In this document: positions 25,539 to 32,000 of the stretch, piece by piece
Layout of the letters: each line of letters starts with the position of its first letter
How positions within the stretch are numbered: the stretch's first letter is position 1
Origin: Pyrodictium abyssi
GTDB lineage: Archaea > Thermoproteota > Thermoprotei_A > Sulfolobales > Pyrodictiaceae
Direction: 5' to 3'
Length of the DNA stretch: 32,000 nucleotides
NCBI RefSeq assembly: GCF_036323395.1
Contig: NZ_AP028907.1
Coordinates: 1,740,001-1,772,000 of the forward strand
Made by a program: the position numbers and the translations under genes
The notes under the pieces: model-generated
What the model was told of the DNA's origin: nothing
Seen by the model: only the letters and a program-made list of their open reading frames with translations
The model's database searches: none

Positions 25539-25975
25539 GCCTGGGAGGGACCTGCTGGTTATGCTGCTGCCCGTGTCCTGGAGGCTTTGCTGGCTCTGAG
25601 GTTCCTCGAGGAGGGCTATACCAGGAACACTGCTGGCAAGGCGTTCTAGGCCTAGAAGGCCCTGACAGCAGCACTCCTAGCCCTCGAGAGGGACAAGATA
25701 GCAGAGAAGCTAGAGAGGGAATAAGAGGAGGAATGACTACTAGAGAGCGGTGCCCGGGCATTATCTTCCGGCTCAAGCCCCTCGGCAGGCTAGTGGAGGA
25801 CACGGGGGCTACATGGGCTACTACGGCTATACAGCAGTAGCTCTAGGCTTCCACGATTACCAATACCACGGCTTCTAGCCACAGCCCGTGACAAGCTTGG
25901 TCTCTTTGAGAAATTCACGACGAATATACCGCTACTGTAGAGCTGGTAGAGTTCGACTCTAGCCGCCCCTCTAGC
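25539..25975 (+). pseudogene. Remnant of a PaREP1-like family gene (in-frame stops and frameshifts)
   Basis: Frame 0 reads AAARVLEALLALRFLEEGYTRNTAGKAF-TAG-A-TAG-KALTAALLALERDKIAEKLERE. Later pieces (IIFRLKPLGRLVEDTG, AVALGFHDYQYHGF-TAG, EIHDEYTATVELVEFDS) lie in other frames. NxAGKAFQAWKAL and H-x-YQY-x-G blocks are what I remember for PaREP1. The family name is from memory. Confidence 0.5.
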
Positions 25976-26402
25976 CTGCTAGCAGTTTCAACGCAGCTAG
26001 AGCTGTTACCACTACAGTGCCCCAGATGGCGGCGAGCAGACCCATCATCCACTTCATGAGGCCCTATCCGGTCGTACACCTTGTCCATCCGGTCCTCTAG
26101 CCCCTACAAGTCTCCTCCCGCAGCTCCTCCCTCGTTCTGTGCAACTCCTCTCTAGTGGTCATTAGTGGCCATCCTCCTCAGCCTCTCCCTACTTCTTCTA
26201 TCCTCTCCTCCACCCTCTCGCCGAGCTTCTCCAGGTTGTCTCTGGTGGCCACCTCCCGCACCGGTACCCCCGGGAGCAGCGCGCAGAGCCTCCTCGGAGG
26301 CAAGGTCAAAGGCGCGCCGGCGGGCAAGACGCTTGGCGGCATCAAGCCTCTCATCAAGCTCCTCCAGGAGTCGCTCTACCGGAGACGCTCCAGACCCTCC
26401 AC
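25971..26402 (-). pseudogene. Remnant of a coiled-coil protein gene with a C-terminal TM anchor (several frameshifts/stops)
   Basis: The minus-strand pieces lie in three frames: VEGLERLR-stop, VERLLEELDERLDAAKRLARRRAFDLASEEALRAAPG, VREVATRDNLEKLGERVEERIEEVGRG-stop, MTTREELHRTREELREE, LEDRMDKVYDRIGP. An intact terminal mini-ORF MKWMMGLLAAIWGTVVVTALAALKLLAG occupies 25971-26057. Confidence 0.45.
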
Positions 26403-26528
26403 AAGAACAACGGGACAGCCCCGTGTAGGCCCTTCTCAGACACTGGGACCCGAAACGCTAGTATACCGGCGGCATGAAACAAGTCACTGGTATAGCATCC
26501 TTTACACCCGTACAAGGGGCGGAATCCG

Positions 26529-27419
26529 TTGCACCGCTGGCTACAGAGGCTCAGACACTTACTGGATTACATCATATACTACAAGGACTGGCACAAGGTG
26601 GCGGCGGTTAGGCTAGGCCTGCTCCAAGAGGCCCAGGTGAGGCTAAGAGGCCACGAATACTGCCCCCTCCGACTCACCAGAGAGCTGTACCCCACGCTGA
26701 GCGCTATAACGTACCTCCTCACACACGGCGCCAGCTTCGACCCTTGCCACAAAACGCTTGTACTAGAATACCACGGCCGCAGAGCAATCTTCACAAACAT
26801 ATATATATACGACGCAGCCTATCCGAGCAACCTCTTCGTCGTATACATAGAGGGCGAGTACGCCTTCCTAGACGTAGACGACAAAACCGTTGTAGACATT
26901 GGCGCATCAGCCGGCGATACAGCCATATACTTCGCGCTAAACGGGGCCCGCAAAGTAGTGGCATTCGAGGCCAACCCCTACCTCTGCCGGATACTCAAGA
27001 AAAACATAGAGGCAAACAACCTCAGCAGCAGAGTTGAGGCAGTCTGCGCCGCCGCAGCACTACGAGCAACAGAGACTAGCACCACTTTCTGCGTGAACCG
27101 GAGGTGGAGCACCGGCTCGAGGATAGCAGGGCAGAGCGGCTGCCGTCCCGAAGAGGAGCCGATAACAGTCCCGGTAGCTAAGCCTCCTCCGGCCGACACA
27201 GCCAAGCTCGACTGTGAGGGATGTGAATATGACATAATACTCAACATGGATGAACCCATGTACGGCGAGATAGGCCTAGAATACCACGGCCCTCCACAAC
27301 CGCTAATAGAGCACCTAGAGAGTCTAGGCTACAAAGTAAGGATACTAAGAGAAAGCAATGTTAAGGGATGGCAGGAGTGGCACAAACAGGGAGTACTACA
27401 TGCAATACTTAGACGATAA
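26529..27419 (+). CDS. FkbM-family SAM-dependent methyltransferase
   Basis: 296-aa ORF with VVDIGASAGDTAIYFALNGARKVVAFEANP (SAM motif I), NIEANNLSSRVEAV and the family block KLDCEGCEYDII. The TTG start lies about 30 nt after TATA-like GGTATAGCATCC. Confidence 0.8.
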   Translation: MHRWLQRLRHLLDYIIYYKDWHKVAAVRLGLLQEAQVRLRGHEYCPLRLTRELYPTLSAITYLLTHGASFDPCHKTLVLEYHGRRAIFTNIYIYDAAYPSNLFVVYIEGEYAFLDVDDKTVVDIGASAGDTAIYFALNGARKVVAFEANPYLCRILKKNIEANNLSSRVEAVCAAAALRATETSTTFCVNRRWSTGSRIAGQSGCRPEEEPITVPVAKPPPADTAKLDCEGCEYDIILNMDEPMYGEIGLEYHGPPQPLIEHLESLGYKVRILRESNVKGWQEWHKQGVLHAILRR

Positions 27420-27433
27420 CAACATTCTACCTG

Positions 27434-28387
27434 TCAATCAGGTTTCCTCTTTGCCATGTAATACTCCAGGGTCCTCCGGAGCCCCTTTTCGAGGCTTATC
27501 CTTGGTTGCCAGCCCAGAGCCTCCCGGGCCCTATCTATCGCTGCCCGGCTGCGCCTCACGTCCCCAGGCCTCGGGGGCAGACGGCGGGGCTCCGGGCACC
27601 GGCCCACGAGGCCACAGATGAGCTTGTAGAGCTGGTTTATGCTGGTCTCAGTACCCGTGCCTATGTTCACGGCACCCACATACCCGGTTTCTAGTGCTTT
27701 CCAGTTGGCCTCGGCCACGTCCCCTACGTAGACGAAGTCGCGGGTCTGCTCCCCATCACCGTAGATGGCCGGCGTGCCGCCCTCCAGGAGCGTTGTTATG
27801 AACTTGTGTACCACGCCAGCGTAGGGACCGCCACGCATACCAGGCCCGTAGACGTTGAAGTACCGGAGGGCTATGGGCTTGAGCCCGTAGTCCCGCTGGT
27901 AGCGCCAGAGAAGCCTCTCACCCATCAACTTCGTCTCCCCGTAGAGGTTCGCCGGCTCTAGCGGATGCTCCTCGTCTATCGGCAGGTACTTTGGCTCTCC
28001 ATACACCGCGACACTACTCGCAAACACAACCCTCTCGACGTCGAGGCGGCGAGCAAGCTCCAACACGTTCAGTGTACCCTTAACGTTTACGTCTATACCG
28101 AGCCACGGCTTCTCCATAACCTCCACAATACTCACCAAAGCAGCCAGGTGCACAATCCCAGCAATATCGCCGGGTCTCGCTATCCGGGAGACCCTCTCCC
28201 AGAACCCCCTCCAGTCCGAGACGTCAGCCTCAACCAGGACCAATCTCTCCCTAGGGATACTGGACAACCTTTCCGGAGAGCCAGCGTAGTAGTTGTCCAC
28301 CACTATTACCGTGTAACCCTGCTCAACAAGCCTCTCTACGGTGTGGCTACCGATAAACCCAGAACCACCAGTGACCAACACCAACAC
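27434..28387 (-). CDS. NAD-dependent nucleotide-sugar epimerase/dehydratase (extended SDR, GalE-like)
   Basis: 317-aa ORF with VLVTGGSGFIGSHTVERLVEQGYTVIVVDN (Rossmann GxxGxxG) and the catalytic YGETK (YxxxK). Confidence 0.9.
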   Translation of the reverse strand: MLVLVTGGSGFIGSHTVERLVEQGYTVIVVDNYYAGSPERLSSIPRERLVLVEADVSDWRGFWERVSRIARPGDIAGIVHLAALVSIVEVMEKPWLGIDVNVKGTLNVLELARRLDVERVVFASSVAVYGEPKYLPIDEEHPLEPANLYGETKLMGERLLWRYQRDYGLKPIALRYFNVYGPGMRGGPYAGVVHKFITTLLEGGTPAIYGDGEQTRDFVYVGDVAEANWKALETGYVGAVNIGTGTETSINQLYKLICGLVGRCPEPRRLPPRPGDVRRSRAAIDRAREALGWQPRISLEKGLRRTLEYYMAKRKPD

Positions 28388-28651
28388 ACTTCATCATCCA
28401 CTTATTCGCCAACAGAATAGCGCCGAACAAGAGACTTACGCGGCCATGAAACAACGAACAGACTAGTTCTTACACCTTTAAATTTCATCTTTGTTTCAAA
28501 TATACCTATAACATCCGACAATTAGGTACTTTATTACTTAACTCTATTAATAGTGAGCTAACAATCATCAAACCATAGTAACTATAATATATAATATTAG
28601 GACAATATAGCGACCTATTGATGGCTAACACTAAAACACTAGTAGGCAAGA

Positions 28652-29713
28652 TTGGACAAAATGCTTCAACTTAAACTTAGAGGACTAACGGGAAGAGCCG
28701 TGAGAGTAGCTATCACAGCTTCTGGCGGCGGCCATACGGGTTACGCGATAGCAATCGCAGAACAGCTCTTAACACGGGGCATAGACGTTGTAATAATAGT
28801 AGACCCCGCCGACACCTGGAGCCTAGAAAAGATCAGACACCGCCTGGGAGACCGGGTAGAGATAGCATTCGCGCGACAACTACGAGGCGCACAGGAGAGC
28901 CTCGTAGCCCTGTTACGGCGTCTGCCTACCCGTCTCGCGGACCTTGTCAAAATCCACCAAGTACTAGCAGATACCGACATACTGATATGCACTGGCTCTA
29001 ATCATAGTCTCCTCCCAGCTCTCTATGCCCGTGCACTCGGCAAGCCAGTACTATGCATAGAAGCCGTAGACCGGATAGCGACACGCTCCAAAACCGTAGC
29101 CCTTCTCCACGACTTGGCTGCCGTCCCGGTAGCCCTCCACTGGCCAGCCCAGCGGAAACTCTACAGACGAGCAGCCGTAGTCGGCCCGATCTACGAAAAG
29201 CCTCTCTACAAACCAGCCCAGGGAGACTACATACTCGTAATAACCGGGACAGAGGGGAACCCAGCCCTAGTAAAGAAGCTGGTAAAGACAAGCCTCCAGA
29301 ACATAGTACTCCAGACCGGCAGGACAGTAGATCCACAACTTATAGCAAGACATAAACCTACGTGGAAGGTCTTCCGCTACCACCCAGACATAGCAGCGCT
29401 AATGGCTCGGGCCAAGCTGGTAGTAGCCCACCAAGGCCTCTCCCTAGTAGAAGCGGCATTAGCATATCAGAAACCTGTACTACTAGCACTCAACCCAGAT
29501 CTCCCCCGTACAAGCGGTCTTGAAGATGCAGTTCACTTGGCTCGTTACCTTAATACTAAAGCAGTAAACCCTGCTGAGCTTACACCGAGGCAACTTGAAG
29601 AAAATATATTTGCTGCAACGCAGAGAAGGCCTCCTAGATACCTGCCGGGAGCACATATACTGGCAACACATCTAACATATTTAATGAAATCAATATTAAA
29701 TAAGGAACGTTGA
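28652..29713 (+). CDS. GT-B glycosyltransferase of the MurG / Alg14-Alg13 (GT28-like, Agl24-like) type
   Basis: 353-aa ORF with the N-terminal ITASGGGHTGYAIAIAEQL (GGH loop of MurG/Alg14-type enzymes) and the C-terminal VVAHQGLSLVEAALAYQKPVLLALNP (Glyco_tran_28_C/Alg13-like). The ATG at 28661 is a likely start. Confidence 0.65.
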   Translation: MDKMLQLKLRGLTGRAVRVAITASGGGHTGYAIAIAEQLLTRGIDVVIIVDPADTWSLEKIRHRLGDRVEIAFARQLRGAQESLVALLRRLPTRLADLVKIHQVLADTDILICTGSNHSLLPALYARALGKPVLCIEAVDRIATRSKTVALLHDLAAVPVALHWPAQRKLYRRAAVVGPIYEKPLYKPAQGDYILVITGTEGNPALVKKLVKTSLQNIVLQTGRTVDPQLIARHKPTWKVFRYHPDIAALMARAKLVVAHQGLSLVEAALAYQKPVLLALNPDLPRTSGLEDAVHLARYLNTKAVNPAELTPRQLEENIFAATQRRPPRYLPGAHILATHLTYLMKSILNKER

Positions 29714-30120
29714 CGGCACAACTAGCTGAAGCCAGGTACATCACTAGGGCCAGCCGCTAGGTATCGAAAGAACTAGAGAAGTCAAAGACTAACAAATAGA
29801 GTCAATGAGCCCACAATAGAATTATAGTATTGACGACAAATCATAGAGTGCAGTCCTTTAAGTATTACAACATTGTCTAACAATCTGGCCAAAGACGCAC
29901 CTTCCTACTCGATGGTAATATCCATTGTGTTGTTCCGCTCCATAGTGTACTAGTTACTCTAGTATATCACAAGATAAGTGACGATGAGAAAACATAAAGT
30001 AATAGACATAAGACAAATACACACGCAGCAACACCACACCGTCATTCACTGCCACACAAGCCAGATATATTTCATTCATTTAAGCTAAATTAAATAATAG
30101 CACAAGGTTATTATAATGTT

Positions 30121-31209
30121 ATGGAGGTAGTTGAGATGATACAATGGGATTTATTCAATATCATGATGGACAAGTCTATTAGTGCACGATTACTCAGACT
30201 TGCACTCCTAACCAGGACATATGGACCGCATTATGTTATATTTAAACTTATTAAACGCTTTCTGACTAAGGAAAGAATTATCGGGCTTGATGAAATAGCA
30301 AATATAGTTAGGTACTATTCTGGTTTAAAAGTGGAGAAATATGGCGATAGTGAATACAGAATATATTGGCCTGAAGGTGACTACGTTACCGTAAAGAGTT
30401 ACGAAGAAGTTCTTTTAGTCGCAATTGCGCATAACTTATCCTACAAAGTCGTTGATTCTGAAAGTGCATATCTCTGTAAGAAGTTATTGAGCGAACGATG
30501 TATCGTATTCGATGAGAACTACGTTGAACATGAAGACATAAAAATCTCTAGAAGAACTATAGCTGGGTGTCCTACTTGTCTGGCAGAAACAATGATCCTT
30601 AAAACGCATGACGTTGTACGCCCCTTTGGTAAAAACGTACTAGACATCGGAGCCTGGGTAGGTGATAGTAGCCTTAGATTAGCAAAGCTAGGTGCAAGTA
30701 GAGTAGTCGCAGTAGAACCCAATCCTATGAACTATTCAGAACTTCTACACAACCTTGAGTTAAATCCTCATATAAAGGATGCGATAATTCCAGTACACGC
30801 AGCTGTAGATGAAGACGGCGAGGTAAAAATTTGCTATAATTCCGATTTTAGTGGCGGCAGTTCAATATTTCGTAATGGCAGATATTGCGATATAGTACCT
30901 TCAGTCTCATTCAAGACTCTTATAGAAAAATACGGACCATTTGATATCATTAAGCTTGATTGTAAATGATGTGAGCTTAAAGTGTTAGATGAAATCTCTA
31001 CTATTAAATATAGACCAAAAGTTATAAAATTAGAAATAGATTTAAACTCATGGGGGGCACTGATAGAAGATAACCCAGTAAGAGTCATTGAAAAACTTAA
31101 AGAAGCGGGATACAGTGTACAGACGTATCGTACATTCCCTAGTATACCATATATGAGCCTTATGCAAGTAATTGCTACACTAGAAGATGAAAACAACAAT
31201 GATATATAA
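30121..31209 (+). pseudogene. Second FkbM-family methyltransferase gene, split by an in-frame TGA at 30967-30969
   Basis: Track ORFs 30121-30969 and 30982-31209 are in the same frame. Read through, the junction gives IIKLDCK-TGA-CELKVL, aligned with KLDCEGCEYDII of the paralogue at 26529-27419. SAM motif VLDIGAWVGDSSLRLAKLGASRVVAVEPNP is present. Confidence 0.75.
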
Positions 31210-31222
31210 AATTTATTTATAA

Positions 31223-32000
31223 TTATATGATCTTATGTAGTATCTTTTTATTATAATGTTCTATTACTTTTTGAGGCAATGGGCCAAATTTTCTCTCATC
31301 ATAAGGCTCTAGCCTGGCAATTAAGGTCTTCATGTACTTTATACCTGCCTCATAGAGATCCGATGCGCCATACTCATCTTTTGCGACTTTTTTCGCGAAT
31401 TCAAAGGCTTTTTCTACATCCTCTTGTAGTAGTCTATCAACAATTCCCTTATACTTCCACCATACATGCTTAAAGAAGAGTCTTTCTGGTTTTCTTACAT
31501 CACAGAAGTGATAACCTAGCGGTTCTCTGATATATACTACTTTATACATGTGTACTGGAGCTATAAGACTTTCGGTATTTCTTATCTCAACATATTTTAG
31601 CTTCCTAGACCATGTATATAGCCAATGCTCTACATGCATGGGATTAGGACATAAATGATATATGTCTCCACAGAACCGTATAAACGGCCAGTATACCAAG
31701 TAGTATAGTTTCCTGTCCGTTACTTCTATAATTTCTCTAATAGTTTTTACAAGCTTTTCATCGGCAACAAAATCGGCATCCCAAATTAAAATCCATCTAT
31801 ATCTTGCTTCTCTTAGACCGAGGTTACGAGCCTTAACTAGATCACCAGGTGGCAACTTATAGAACCTTATAGGGAGTCCATGCTCATTTTCAATCTTTCT
31901 ATAATATGTGGCGTATTGTCAAAAGATGAGTCTATAACGATATATTCATCAACTATTTCTTTGATAGATAATAGAGATAACTCTATCCATTCCTCTTCGT
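31223..32000 (-). pseudogene. GT2-family glycosyltransferase gene, frameshifted near 31895-31899 and running off the right edge
   Basis: Downstream frame: IENEHGLPIRFYKLPPGDLVKARNLGLREARYRWILIWDADF (DxD). Upstream part in another frame: EEWIELSLLSIKEIVDEYIVIDSSFDNTPHIIE, ending at a TAA at 31867-31869. Restoring one A in GAAAG joins them as DNTPHIIEKIENEHG. Confidence 0.65.

Noticed and set aside
30967-30969. TGA as selenocysteine or programmed recoding
   Set aside because: The aligned residue in the paralogue is Gly, not Cys. No SECIS-like element is apparent, and Sec decoding is not known in Crenarchaeota. A nonsense mutation or sequencing error is more economical.
1-32000. Search for CRISPR arrays, IS elements/transposases, integrases and rRNA genes
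   Set aside because: No regularly spaced direct repeats are present. No ORF has DDE, serine or tyrosine recombinase motifs. Nothing resembles 16S, 23S or 5S sequence.

Overview
This is a high-G+C archaeal chromosome segment. Codon habits (AGG/AGA Arg, CTA Leu, ATA Ile, many GTG/TTG starts), TATA-like boxes 20-35 nt before start codons (leaderless mRNAs), oligo-T terminators and gene content suggest a hyperthermophilic crenarchaeon, Desulfurococcales/Aeropyrum-like. That assignment is inference only. Positions 1-13.8 kb look like ordinary core genome: Roadblock/LC7 protein, stomatin, DUF89 phosphatase, MqnA/MqnD-family protein, a homocitrate-synthase-like enzyme with a C-terminal RAM-type domain, PhoU, UbiA-type prenyltransferase, UbiD-type decarboxylase, RCK-gated K+ channel and ADP-forming acyl-CoA synthetase alpha. 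From 13.9 kb onward the window looks accessory. (1) A same-strand array of four PIN/VapC cassettes (two intact VapBC pairs, two decayed vapC) ends in an orphan 536-aa ORF with a PD-(D/E)xK-like nuclease motif. This ORF is my best candidate for an undescribed toxin or defence component. (2) A two-gene S-layer module pairs a 1388-aa secreted, sequon-loaded canopy protein with a 467-aa coiled-coil, C-terminally anchored stalk protein. The layout mirrors SlaA/SlaB of Sulfolobales. (3) A belt of gene remnants follows (PaREP1-like, coiled-coil/TM). (4) A glycosylation gene set (two FkbM-type methyltransferases, an SDR epimerase, an Alg14/Alg13- or MurG-like GT, a GT2) extends into a sharply lower-G+C island, where two genes are inactivated by single lesions (an in-frame TGA and a 1-nt frameshift). 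I recognised no rRNA, convincing tRNA, CRISPR array, integrase or transposase.
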